DNA of 64,000 nt from Spirochaetia bacterium (GTDB lineage: Bacteria > Spirochaetota > Spirochaetia > SP-2023): assembly GCA_965263295.1 (NCBI GenBank), contig OZ253665.1, positions 1,184,001 through 1,248,000 on the forward strand, read 5' to 3'. The translations under genes were made by a program, and so were the position numbers. The notes under the pieces are model-generated. The model made no database searches, was not told the origin of the DNA, and was given only the letters and a program-made list of their open reading frames with translations. How positions within the stretch are numbered: the first letter of the stretch is position 1; each line of letters opens with the position of its first letter. This document shows, piece after piece, positions 27,855 to 37,911 of this stretch.

Positions 27855-29438
27855 TTAAAAGAAAAAGCCAGTCTTAATGACTATAGTATAAGTGGCCGGA
27901 TTGTGCAGGTCGATGCCATAGCCAAAGCGGAACTTCAGACTGTGAAAGACCCAGATCAGCTCAAAACCCGAACCCAGAGATGTATCTTCCAAGTTAAAGC
28001 CAGAGGCATTGTTGACCCAAGACAAATCAAAAAAAGGTTCCAACAGAATATCGCCGAGCAGCGAGTCACTGAACACCAGAATGGCCAGGTCCATGTTTAG
28101 GTAAGCAATAAAGTTACCCTTGACGGCATCTTCGCGCTTGCCACGATTGTAGTCACTGACATCAAAATTGTAGCCTTCGTCGTTGAAAACGCCATTGGTG
28201 AAGTCGAACGAAACCCCCGCGCCGGCGCGGCCCTTGAAATTGATTGCGTCAAAATACGAACGGCTCAGGCGCAGGTTAAAATCCAGCTGAATATCTTCCA
28301 GAGCAAAGGCGCGCGAACGGTATAAATCCTCAGGGTCGCTATCCAGACTATAGCTATTGCCAACCGACATGCTGTAGCCATCACGCATGCTCCCCCCAGA
28401 AGATGCGCGTTCTTTATTCAAGCTCAAACTGTGACGGAGATTGGTCGAAAAGTAGGGGTGAGTGGTGACGTTCCCAGAGTAGCCCAGAGTAAAGCTGGAG
28501 CTATCGGAAATTGAATAAGCCATGCCGATGCCAAAGGCTTCCAGGGCACGAATGCCAAAAGAGCCGCCAAGACCGGCATTGACCTCCCAGTTGGCGCCAT
28601 CGACGCGTGCATCGCGCTTGACACCCAGTGAACCGCTGATGCCAAAAATCGGCGACAGCTTAATGGTACTGCTTTTGACGCCGCCAGAAAAGTCCCAGCC
28701 ATAATTACCATCCTGAACTTCAATGACATCAGTATAAAAAGTCACATCGCCCAACAAACCCAGAAAGTTATCCCACTTTAGGCGTCCCTTCACGCCGTAA
28801 CCCGTTCCCGTACTGTAGTAAGGATAGGGAATCGGATAAATCGTCCACGCATCCCGAAACTCGGCCTCGAGTCGCAGCGGGCGCAGCCCAGTGGCACGCC
28901 CATCAATTTCTTTTACGGTTCCATCTTCAGCGCCCTCTCGCGCCTCTTCAATCAAGCGGTAGGTGATACCGCCTTCCTTCTCAAAGTAACCACTGCGGAG
29001 TAAATCGTTAAAGCCGATATCGAGAACTTGACGCAACTCGCTCAAACTGCCATAGCGGTCGCCGGCCCGCACCCCGATACGATGGCTGAGAATCTTCTTG
29101 TTAGAAAGACCCTTTACCGATATGTCCAGCGTCTGTATCAATATCGTGCGGCCATCGTCTTGCAAACTTGCGCGAGTTTCTTCCAGCTCAGGTTTTACGC
29201 CTTGTTCCCGTTTGCCGGGTTCCAATTTACCCGTTTCCAGTCCGCCGACAACTTCGAAATCCTCGTTGTTTGTCTCGGCTTGAATTTCCTCCGTCGGGCT
29301 CGCCTGGCCTTGAACCTCTCCTTCAACTTCTCTTTGGCCGGCTTGTCCCTGCTGAGCCAGCAAGCCGGCGGCAGCAAACAGCCACAATAATATTGAGGAA
29401 GCAAATGCCAACGGAAACGATCGCTGCATAAAAATCAT
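27855..29438 (-). CDS. Omp85/BamA-TamA-like outer membrane protein (probable single POTRA plus beta-barrel)
   Basis: Signal peptide, acidic linker, POTRA-like segment ending LLRSGYF, alternating beta-strand pattern, C-terminal Phe (KTGFFF). Confidence 0.65.
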   Translation of the reverse strand: MIFMQRSFPLAFASSILLWLFAAAGLLAQQGQAGQREVEGEVQGQASPTEEIQAETNNEDFEVVGGLETGKLEPGKREQGVKPELEETRASLQDDGRTILIQTLDISVKGLSNKKILSHRIGVRAGDRYGSLSELRQVLDIGFNDLLRSGYFEKEGGITYRLIEEAREGAEDGTVKEIDGRATGLRPLRLEAEFRDAWTIYPIPYPYYSTGTGYGVKGRLKWDNFLGLLGDVTFYTDVIEVQDGNYGWDFSGGVKSSTIKLSPIFGISGSLGVKRDARVDGANWEVNAGLGGSFGIRALEAFGIGMAYSISDSSSFTLGYSGNVTTHPYFSTNLRHSLSLNKERASSGGSMRDGYSMSVGNSYSLDSDPEDLYRSRAFALEDIQLDFNLRLSRSYFDAINFKGRAGAGVSFDFTNGVFNDEGYNFDVSDYNRGKREDAVKGNFIAYLNMDLAILVFSDSLLGDILLEPFFDLSWVNNASGFNLEDTSLGSGFELIWVFHSLKFRFGYGIDLHNPATYTIVIKTGFFF

Positions 29439-29587
29439 ATATTAGATCCTTAAATTCATATATAAAAAAAATTTATTTGTTTTGAACAAAAATAAAATGG
29501 CATAAATTCTAACGGCCTGCCCCCAAATGCACAAGCCAAAACTTCCGCCTTCCTCAATCATTGTTTAGCGCCCCATTTGTCTTGTGC

Positions 29588-29650
29588 CATGTCAACATGT
29601 CTGACATGTCTTGGCAGCAACTGGACAGGCGCGATTTTTCCGATTAAATT
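29588..29650 (+). promoter_or_regulatory. PFOR sigma70-like promoter with upstream palindrome
   Basis: CATGTCA-N7-TGACATG (29588-29608), then TGGACA-N17-TAAATT (29622-29650). Confidence 0.45.
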
Positions 29651-29742
29651 ATAGCCATGAATCTGTTTCTAATTGGTCCTTACACTTTTCTATTCACCAA
29701 ATTTAACCTGCTTTTTTCAACATAGTTTTAGCGGAGGACACA

Positions 29743-32700
29743 ATGAGAGCGGACAATCATAAGTTTCGTGTGGTCGATGGCAACCACGCCGCCGCCTACA
29801 TCGCTTACGCTTTGAGTGAGCTGGCGGCAATTTACCCCATTACCCCCGCATCCCCAATGGGTGAAAACGCCGACGAATGGGCATCTAAAGGCGAGCGCAA
29901 CATTTTTGGCCAGGCTGTAGAAGTTATCGAAATGCAATCGGAGGCTGGCGCCGCCGGCACCGTACACGGAGCTTTGTGCGCTGGCGCCCTGTGCAGCACA
30001 TTCACGGCTTCACAGGGTTTGCTGCTGATGCTGCCCGACATGCATAAGATAGCCGGAGAACTTTTGCCGACAGTGTTTCACGTCGCTTCGCGCTCAGTCG
30101 CCAGCCATTCACTATCCATCTTTGGCGACCATTCAGACGTCATGAGCGCCCGCAATACCGGCTTTGCCATGCTCAATGCCGCCGACCCGCAAGAGGTGCT
30201 GGACATGGCCCTAGTTAGCCACCTGGCCAGCCTGAAGTCGTCTGTTCCGTTTTTACACTTTTTCGACGGCTTCCGCACATCCCACGAAATCCAGAAAGTC
30301 CAGTGGTTGGAAAAAGACCAGTTGCGGGAGCATTTTCAGGCCCATTACATGTCGCACTTACAACGTTTTCGCGCGCGGGCCATGCGCCCCGAAAGTGCCA
30401 ATATCCGCATCGCAGCCCAAAATCCAGACGTCTTTTTTCAAGCGAGCGAACGCCGCAATCCTTTTTATGACCAGCTTCCACAACTGGTGCAAGAATGCAT
30501 GAACGAAGTCGCCGAGATGACGGGGCACCACTACCAGCTCTTTGAATATTCTGGTGCCGAAGACGCCACAGCCGTAGTCGTGGCCATTGGCTCGGCCTGC
30601 GCGACCTTGCGCCAGACAGCCCGGCACCTCCAGCGACAAGGCCAGAAAATCGGCGTGCTACAAGTGCGTTTGTACCGTCCGTTCGCCGTCGCGGCCTTTG
30701 CCGCGGCACTGCCGCAAAGCTGCGAACGCATTGCCGTGCTCGATCGCAGCAAGGAAGCGGGCAGCACCGGCGAGCCGCTATACCTGGACGTACTTAGCGC
30801 CATACACCGCCAAGGGCGGACGCTAGCGGTCATCGGCGGACGCTATGGCCTGTCTTCCAAGGAATTCACTCCGGCCCATGCCAGCGCCGTTTTCCGCCAC
30901 TTGCTGCACGGCGGGCAGCACAACTTCAGCGTCGGCATCCGAGACGACATCAGTGGACGCTCCTTGCCGATCACAAACGCCGACGAGGCTCTGGACCTGA
31001 CGCCTCCGGGAACGACCAGTTGTCTGTTCTGGGGGCTCGGCTCGGACGGCACCGTCGGCGCGAACAAAAACTCGGTCAAGATTATCGGCGAGCACAGCGA
31101 TTTGAACGTCCAAGCTTACTTTGTTTACGACTCACGCAAGGCCTTCGGCCTGACGGTTTCCCACCTGCGCTTTGGCCAAGAAAGCTTGCGGCTGCCCTAC
31201 GAAGTTTACCACGCCGATTTTATCGCCTGCCACCATCCCAGTTACCCTCAGCGCCACGAACTACTGGCCCCCCTCAAAGCCGGCGCGACATTCTTGCTCA
31301 ATACCGACCTGAGCCCGCTAGACGCTTTTTATTCCCTCAAAGACAGCGACCGGCAAATCATTATCAAAAAAAAGATTGCCTTTTATGTGATCGACGCCTC
31401 ACACCTGGCCCTGCAGCTAGGCATTAAAGGCCGCATCAATACCATTATGCAGGCCGCCTTCTTCCACTTGTCCGGAGTGCTGCCCCCAGACCAGGCCGTC
31501 GAGCTGATCAAGCAAAGCATTGCGCAGACTTACCGCGCCAAGGGCCAAGATATCGTCGCCAGCAACTGGCGGGCCGTCGATTCAGCCATCGCGGCGCTGC
31601 AATTGCTCGACAAGTCCCAACTTCAGAGCGCGGCCGAGCCGCGCGCAGACGCTGACCGGCAGCGCCAACTACGCGAAAGCCAGGCTGCCCCACCCCACGC
31701 CCAATTCGCCAAAGCCGGCTTTGCCCAAGAAGTCATCCAACCGATCCTGCGCTTCCAGGGGAGCCAGGTTCCCGTATCCGCAATCAGCGCGGACGGCACC
31801 ATGCCCCAGGGTACAGCCCGGCTGGAGAAGCGCCGCATGGCCCTGGAAGTCCCGCGCTGGCTGCCGGAAAATTGCATCCAGTGCAACCTCTGCGTCATGA
31901 CCTGCCCCCACTCTGTCATCCGGGCCAAACAAATTGCCCCCAACAAACTGAAAAACAAGCCCGAAAATTTTGCCACCATCCGTTCCAATACCATTAACGG
32001 CCGCGACCTGGAGTTCCGCATACAAATCTTTGTCGACGACTGCACGGGCTGCGGAGTTTGTATCGACGTCTGCCCGGCCAAGACCAAGGCCCTGGAATAT
32101 TCCCCCACCGCAACCGAGATCCAGGCCGGAGAAGTCACCAACTATCAGTTCTTTGACAAACTGCCCGAAGACGTCCTCGACGGCACCAAGTTGAGCACGC
32201 CCAAAGGCATCAGCTTCAGAAAACCATACTTTGAGTTCCACAGTGCCTGTGCCGGCTGCGGAGAGACACCGTACTACAACCTGGTAACCAAGCTTTACGG
32301 CGCGCGCATGCTCGTCGCCAACGCCACGGGCTGTTCTTCCATCTACGCCGGCACTTACCCGACGACGCCCTTTGTCAAAGACGCCAAAGGCCGGGGCGTG
32401 GCCTGGGGAAATTCACTGTTTGAAGACAACGCCGAATACGCCCTGGGCATGCGCCTGGCTGTAGACCGCAAGCGCGAACAGTTGCGCCGCTGTGGTCAGG
32501 AACTGCTACAAAAGAATCAAGTCACGGCTCAAAGCGGACTCGCCCCGCGGCTACAAGAGGCTTTGGACTGCTTTGAAGATTGCAGCGAAGAGGCCTATGA
32601 GCGCCAGGTAGAAATCGGGCGGGAGCTGGATAAACTGCTCCAAAACAATCAGCTGACGGAACTAGAGCCGCAGCTGCGGGAACTGCAAAGCCTGAGCGAC

Positions 32701-33351
32701 TACTTTGTCGACAAAAGTGTCTGGGCCATTGGCGGCGACGGCTGGGCCTATGACATCGGCTTTGGCGGCCTCGACCACGTGCTGTCGCTGCCCCACAATG
32801 TCAACGTCTTGGTCCTGGATACCGAAGTCTACTCCAACACGGGCGGCCAGTCGTCCAAGGCCACGCCAATAGCTGCACTGGCCAAGTTTTCCCAACGCGG
32901 CAAACGCAACGCCAAGAAAAATCTGGCGATGATGATGCTGCAGTATGCCCATGTATATGTGGCCACGGTCTCAATGGGCGCCAACCGCGCACAGGTCATA
33001 CGCGCCTTCATGGAAGCCGAAGAGCATCCCGGCCCCTCGCTGATACTGGCCTATTCACCTTGTATCGCCCACGGTATCGACATGATGAAGATGCAACGAC
33101 ACGAGAAGCTGGCCGCCGAGACGGGATATTTCCCGCTGTTTCGCTACAACCCGCTAAACCCCAAAGGCGAACGCCTGAGTATCGACAGCCGCCAGTCTAA
33201 GAAAGAAGTCTCCGAATTTTTGAAGAGCGAACGGCGCTACGCCAACCTGTTTAACAGTATGCCAGAATTGGCCGAAGAACTTTTCGAGCAAGAGCAGCAA
33301 CAGGTAAAAGACAACCTGGCCCAGCTAGAACACTGGCAGAAAATACTCTGA
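29743..33351 (+). CDS. nifJ: Pyruvate:ferredoxin/flavodoxin oxidoreductase
   Basis: AIYPITPASPM, EMQSEAGAAG, GLGSDGTVGANK, ferredoxin motifs CIQCNLC and CTGCGVC, ACAGCGE, GGDGWAYDIG. Confidence 0.98.
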   Translation: MRADNHKFRVVDGNHAAAYIAYALSELAAIYPITPASPMGENADEWASKGERNIFGQAVEVIEMQSEAGAAGTVHGALCAGALCSTFTASQGLLLMLPDMHKIAGELLPTVFHVASRSVASHSLSIFGDHSDVMSARNTGFAMLNAADPQEVLDMALVSHLASLKSSVPFLHFFDGFRTSHEIQKVQWLEKDQLREHFQAHYMSHLQRFRARAMRPESANIRIAAQNPDVFFQASERRNPFYDQLPQLVQECMNEVAEMTGHHYQLFEYSGAEDATAVVVAIGSACATLRQTARHLQRQGQKIGVLQVRLYRPFAVAAFAAALPQSCERIAVLDRSKEAGSTGEPLYLDVLSAIHRQGRTLAVIGGRYGLSSKEFTPAHASAVFRHLLHGGQHNFSVGIRDDISGRSLPITNADEALDLTPPGTTSCLFWGLGSDGTVGANKNSVKIIGEHSDLNVQAYFVYDSRKAFGLTVSHLRFGQESLRLPYEVYHADFIACHHPSYPQRHELLAPLKAGATFLLNTDLSPLDAFYSLKDSDRQIIIKKKIAFYVIDASHLALQLGIKGRINTIMQAAFFHLSGVLPPDQAVELIKQSIAQTYRAKGQDIVASNWRAVDSAIAALQLLDKSQLQSAAEPRADADRQRQLRESQAAPPHAQFAKAGFAQEVIQPILRFQGSQVPVSAISADGTMPQGTARLEKRRMALEVPRWLPENCIQCNLCVMTCPHSVIRAKQIAPNKLKNKPENFATIRSNTINGRDLEFRIQIFVDDCTGCGVCIDVCPAKTKALEYSPTATEIQAGEVTNYQFFDKLPEDVLDGTKLSTPKGISFRKPYFEFHSACAGCGETPYYNLVTKLYGARMLVANATGCSSIYAGTYPTTPFVKDAKGRGVAWGNSLFEDNAEYALGMRLAVDRKREQLRRCGQELLQKNQVTAQSGLAPRLQEALDCFEDCSEEAYERQVEIGRELDKLLQNNQLTELEPQLRELQSLSDYFVDKSVWAIGGDGWAYDIGFGGLDHVLSLPHNVNVLVLDTEVYSNTGGQSSKATPIAALAKFSQRGKRNAKKNLAMMMLQYAHVYVATVSMGANRAQVIRAFMEAEEHPGPSLILAYSPCIAHGIDMMKMQRHEKLAAETGYFPLFRYNPLNPKGERLSIDSRQSKKEVSEFLKSERRYANLFNSMPELAEELFEQEQQQVKDNLAQLEHWQKIL

Positions 33352-33378
33352 CGGGAGAAATAAGCGGCTGGAGGAACA

Positions 33379-33450
33379 AGCGGCTGATGGGAGTCGAACC
33401 CACGTCACAAGCTTGGGAAGCTTGGGTAATGGCCGTTATACGACAGCCGC
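33379..33450 (-). tRNA. tRNA-Gly(CCC); CCA not encoded
   Basis: Acceptor GCGGCTG/CAGCCGC, anticodon arm CAAGC-TTCCCAA-GCTTG, T-arm GTGGG-TTCGACT-CCCAT; upstream promoter TTGCCC-N17-TATAAT (33489-33461). Confidence 0.95.
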
Positions 33451-33640
33451 ACAGAATGCAATTATAGCTAAAAGCGTAAACTTGGGCAAGCGTTTGCACA
33501 CTTCCAATCCAGACTGCCCAATTTAATTGGCAATTAATTGGCAATTAAATGCCAATTGGTACAATATTGCTTTTAGCGCCGCTGTGAGTTTAATTACAAG
33601 CAGGCACGGCTTTGCTGCCATCTTGAAATTTCGCAAGTCC

Positions 33641-33690
33641 CATTGATTCGCATTGATTCGCATTGATTCTCAATGATTTCCATTGATTCC
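33641..33690 (+). repeat. Five tandem 10-bp repeats (consensus CATTGATTCN) upstream of prfB
   Basis: cattgattcg cattgattcg cattgattct caatgatttc cattgattcc. Confidence 0.9.
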
Positions 33691-33718
33691 AGCCGCCGAT
33701 ATTCATACAATTGCGCCC

Positions 33719-34832
33719 ATGTTAAGTGAATGGAAGATTCCGATCAAAAAACTCGCCACTGAGATATCCGATACCTGGAGGCGACTTTGACCCGCCCAAG
33801 ATTGCGCGGGAAATAGCTGAACTGGAAAAAACGAGCAACGACCCCAATTTTTGGAAGCAACCAAGCCAGGCCGAAGCCATTTTTGGCAAGCTGAAAAGCC
33901 TGCGTGAACGCTATCAAAACTGGAAAGAGCTCATCGCCCGGACCGAAGACCTGGACACGCTGTTGGACATGGCCATTGAGGAAGAAGACGAATCCCAAGA
34001 AGACGAAATCAAGGCCATTTTCGAGCGACTGCAGCAGCACTACAGCTCCCTGGCCAATATTGTACTCATGGGCGAAGAGGGCGATGCGCTCTGCGCCTTT
34101 TTAACCATACACTCCGGCGCGGGGGGGACCGAAGCCTGCGATTGGGCGTCCATGCTGTATCGAATGTATAACCGCTGGGTCGAACAAAACGGTTTCAAGT
34201 TGAGCCTGATCGACTATCAAGCGGCCGAAGGCGGAATTAAATCCGTCACAGTGCAGATTGATGGCGAATACGTCAGCGGCTTGCTCAAAGGTGAAAACGG
34301 CATCCACCGCCTGGTACGCATCTCGCCGTTTGACTCCAACGCCCGCCGCCACACTTCTTTTGCCTCCGTTTACGTTTCTCCCGTGCTGGATGACACCATC
34401 AATGTCGATATCCTGCCCGAAGATATTCGCGTGGATACTTATCGCGCCGGCGGCGCCGGCGGCCAACATGTCAACAAGACCGACAGCGCTGTGCGCATCA
34501 CCCACCTGTCGAGCGGAGTTGTCGTCCAATGCCAAAACGAGCGCAGCCAGCATAAAAACAAGGATATGGCCATGAAAATGCTGCGCTCGCGCATTTACGA
34601 ATTCTATCGCCTGCGGCAGGAAGAAGAACGCCAGAAAAATGCTGTCGAAAAAAAAGAAATTGGTTGGGGCTCCCAGATCCGAAGTTATGTATTCCAGCCG
34701 TATACGATGGTCAAAGATTTGCGAACCCGTTATGAGACGGGCAACATCCAGGCCGTCATGGACGGAGCTCTCGACCCATTTATTCAATCATATCTGCGCT
34801 GGGCTGCGGAGCAATTCCACGCAAACACATGA
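33719..34832 (+). CDS. prfB: Peptide chain release factor 2 with programmed +1 frameshift
   Basis: ATG 33719 gives MLSEWKIPIKKLATEISDTWRRL, then CTT-TGA-C (33785-33791) preceded by an internal SD GGAGG. The +1 frame has the SPF and GGQ motifs. The ORF-track start at 33726 is not the true start. Confidence 0.96.
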
Positions 34833-36442
34833 AATTCTGCGGCTCAAACCGGAGGCAGGGGCGGCGACAGATCTTACGGCTAATTGCCCTGCTTTTCATG
34901 GCAGCCTCTGTTCCCCTGAATGCCCAGGGCAGTGAGCGACAAGTACCCGTCATTAATATCGACAAGAGCAGCTGGAGAGTCTTGTTTCAAGGTTTCGTCA
35001 GCCAGCCGGGCAGCCAACCGGTCACCAGTTCCATTGAAAAAATTACGGGCACAGTAGCTAAGTCCCTGCAGAATTTGGACGAACACGTCCTGGATGACAA
35101 CGAAAAAAGCAACCTGCGCGAAGAAGCCATTCGGCAAGAACTCTTCAAGCACTACCAGACCTACAACGACCTGGTAGACACACGGGACCGCGAGGCCATG
35201 ACAAATACAGCCCAAAGCCATTCCCAACTTGCCCAAATAAGCTCCCAAATGGAGAACAACAAAAAAATTAATTCAGAGTTTCAGATAATTCAACAAATTA
35301 AAAATATGAAACGCAGATTAATTTCGGTTCCAGACTCCCTGCCCCTAGAATTTGAAGATCGCAGCACAGAGCCATATGAACAAGCGAGTATGGTCTTGCT
35401 CCGTGAACCACACGATATTTTCATCTGGGGGGTATCGAGTGGCCGCAACAATATTTTTCAAGTCGAAATGCGCGCGTATATCGCGAATGCCAAGCGTGAA
35501 GTTTCACTGTGGAAAGGTATTGTCGGCACGAACAACTACGACGAAGCCCTAGAAATGATTATCGCCCGAGTTTCTTCGCTACTATTGGGCCGCCCATGGG
35601 CGGCCATGGAAATTAATGCCGAAACAGCCAACGATTCCAATGCAAAAATTTATTTAGACGGCAAACTACAGGGCGAAAACAAACTCAAGCGCTACGGGCT
35701 CCACCCCCAAAAACTTTACGAACTTGAAATAATGGCCACGGGCCTACAGGGCAAACACGTTTTCGTGAAACTTGACGCCGGCAAACTGAACAGCTTTGAT
35801 TTTGAGCTCGATATCGCAGCCCCCGAAAAGTTTATCCAAGTCGCTTCTTCAAGCCCCGCCGATGTCTACCTGGGCGTCCGTTTCCTCGGCCCCACGCCGC
35901 GAAAAATCCAGGTCCCCGCCTACGACACTTTGCTGGTATTAGTCGCCGAAGGCAAGCGCACCCTGAATTACGACCTCAGCCCCGAACAAGAGAAAGATCT
36001 GTACTTTGATATGGAGCCCGCCCCACAGATCACTCTGCAGGAAGAAAACGACAAGTGGCGGAACCGCTTTTACTGGTCCAGCGCTTTGTTTATGCTTTCT
36101 CTAGCCGTTCCCGTCATCGCCAGCGGCATAGGCTTTGTCAACCAAGGGCTCTACGTCAACAACCAAAATAATGAAGACGCCCCGCGCTACCAGAAAAATA
36201 TGAATATTGGCTTTGGCGTGGCCATTGGCGGCGGCCTCCTGAGCGCGGCCCTGCTCGGCTTGAATATCTATGATTTCACGCGCTACACCAAGACGACCCG
36301 GGCTCTGGCAAGCACCGAATTTGAGCCCCGCAAAGTCCTTCCCGCCGAGGCCGAAACCAAAGTCGCAGCCGGCCCAGATGCAAGCGCAGGCCCTGAGGAT
36401 AATGAGCCCGAATCTAGCGTGACGGCCCAGACTCAACCCTAA
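34829..36442 (+). CDS. Exported/membrane protein with PEGA-like domains
   Basis: Signal peptide; NAKIYLDGKLQG and PADVYLGVRFLGPTP resemble PEGA repeats; two C-terminal hydrophobic helices. Confidence 0.65.
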   Translation: MKFCGSNRRQGRRQILRLIALLFMAASVPLNAQGSERQVPVINIDKSSWRVLFQGFVSQPGSQPVTSSIEKITGTVAKSLQNLDEHVLDDNEKSNLREEAIRQELFKHYQTYNDLVDTRDREAMTNTAQSHSQLAQISSQMENNKKINSEFQIIQQIKNMKRRLISVPDSLPLEFEDRSTEPYEQASMVLLREPHDIFIWGVSSGRNNIFQVEMRAYIANAKREVSLWKGIVGTNNYDEALEMIIARVSSLLLGRPWAAMEINAETANDSNAKIYLDGKLQGENKLKRYGLHPQKLYELEIMATGLQGKHVFVKLDAGKLNSFDFELDIAAPEKFIQVASSSPADVYLGVRFLGPTPRKIQVPAYDTLLVLVAEGKRTLNYDLSPEQEKDLYFDMEPAPQITLQEENDKWRNRFYWSSALFMLSLAVPVIASGIGFVNQGLYVNNQNNEDAPRYQKNMNIGFGVAIGGGLLSAALLGLNIYDFTRYTKTTRALASTEFEPRKVLPAEAETKVAAGPDASAGPEDNEPESSVTAQTQP

Positions 36443-36456
36443 TTGTGCAAATGTCT

Positions 36457-36780
36457 TGCCTAGCAAAGCATAACCTATATTCTTGCAATTATTTGTATAA
36501 CAAAGAAAAATCGCGACTCAAAAAGTTCGAAACTTTCGGAAGCCCAAATACGGACTACCGTGAAGTGCTTCCTGACCGGATCTAACGATGATACAAACGA
36601 CCCCAATATGTTCTGCAGAGCGCACACTGTGGACCGGATATACCGCGGTCTGCGTAAACGGATAATTTGATCTGTGAAGCGCAACGTCCACTCTTTGATA
36701 TCGTTGTGCTGATTAGAGCTTCTCCGGGCAAAACATTCATCCAGGTAATAGGATCGTGGCAGAAAATCGGCGTGGCAAGC
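36457..36780 (+). mobile_element. Decayed 5' part of an IS1595-family transposase with a degenerate left end
   Basis: Broken frames read KNRDSKSSKLSEAQIRTTVKCF / HTVDRIYRGLRKRII* / CEAQRPLFDIVV / D*SFSG, matching the IS1595 N-terminus up to the first catalytic 'DES'. tgcctagcaaag at 36457 resembles ggcctagacaag. Confidence 0.7.
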
Positions 36781-36800
36781 CCTTTATTGCTTAATTAAAA

Positions 36801-37715
36801 ATGAAATTAAGGATTAATAAATTGAGTGTACAAAAAGTAGCATCCATGCATTTTGTCGATTTAGGTTTGTTGGCTGTTGCCATCTCGTGGGGAGCCAGCT
36901 ATTCAATGATGCAATTGATCGTGGAAGATGGGATTCCCATTCCCGTTTTTCTGATGCTGCGTTTCGCTTCGGCAATCCCCTTCCTGATGTTATTCTTTAA
37001 TCTTAAAAAGCACAGGGTTAGCTTGGCGGAACTTGGCGTTGGAATCTTCTTTGGGGGGTTACTGTATGTGATTCTATTTTTGGAGACATTAGGCGTTTCA
37101 CATACGACCCCGTCGAATGCCGGTTTTTTAATCGCCATGTCGGTAATTTTAGTTCCCTTCATTGACCGCCTTGTCAGTCGTGAAAGACAAGGCTACAAAA
37201 TCTATTTTGCCGCATTGTTTGCGGTTATAGGCTGTTTTATGGTGGTTATGAAGGATGGTTTGGCACCCAGAGTGAATAGCGGTGACCTGATTATCCTAGC
37301 GGCTGCGACCATTCGGGCTTTGCAGATAGTCTCATTCACGCGTATGACAGTAGACCGAAATTATTCTATCGTTTGGATTACTCTGGTGCAAATGCTCACT
37401 GTCACGGCGTTGGCTTGCGTAAGTGTTTTGATCCGTAATGCGAAAGAGCTATTCTTGATTTTCGAGATTAGCACACAGTCTTGGGCAATGATTTTATTCC
37501 TCGGATTTTTTGCAACGTTTTTTGCATTTTATTTTCAGCTTTTTGCCGCCAATAAAGTGAAGCCGGCAAGAATCGCCCTCATCCTTTCTTTGGAACCAGT
37601 ATTTGCAATGATCATGGCTTATTTTATCGTCGGTGATCGCTTAATGTGGATACAGATAATCGGAGGAATCATTATTGTGATGGCCACTCTGTTGGGGCGA
37701 AACGCAACGGACTGA
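36801..37715 (+). CDS. EamA/DMT family transporter
   Basis: About 10 TM helices in two EamA repeats; SWGASY, LRF, SNAGFL, SLEPVFA. Confidence 0.92.
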   Translation: MKLRINKLSVQKVASMHFVDLGLLAVAISWGASYSMMQLIVEDGIPIPVFLMLRFASAIPFLMLFFNLKKHRVSLAELGVGIFFGGLLYVILFLETLGVSHTTPSNAGFLIAMSVILVPFIDRLVSRERQGYKIYFAALFAVIGCFMVVMKDGLAPRVNSGDLIILAAATIRALQIVSFTRMTVDRNYSIVWITLVQMLTVTALACVSVLIRNAKELFLIFEISTQSWAMILFLGFFATFFAFYFQLFAANKVKPARIALILSLEPVFAMIMAYFIVGDRLMWIQIIGGIIIVMATLLGRNATD

Positions 37716-37911
37716 GAAATCTGCAGAGCTTCATGCATATGGTATTTGATCCAATTACTTTACCAGAAAGGCCTTTTTTCGACCTTGAACGACAGGATTT
37801 ATTTTAGCGGGCATAACCTTGGTATATATTTAGCTCGGAATTCGGCAGTAGGATAATGTGGGTAAAGAAAGTTTCATCTGAACTACCTGAAAATATTGCC
37901 TTGTAATCGGT

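Noticed and set aside
33362..33386. 9-bp duplication of the tRNA-Gly 3' end (aagcggctg x2) as an att-site scar
   Set aside because: Too short, only 16 bp apart, and no integrase nearby.
33641..33690. CRISPR array
   Set aside because: The units are 10-bp contiguous repeats without spacers, and no cas genes are in the window.
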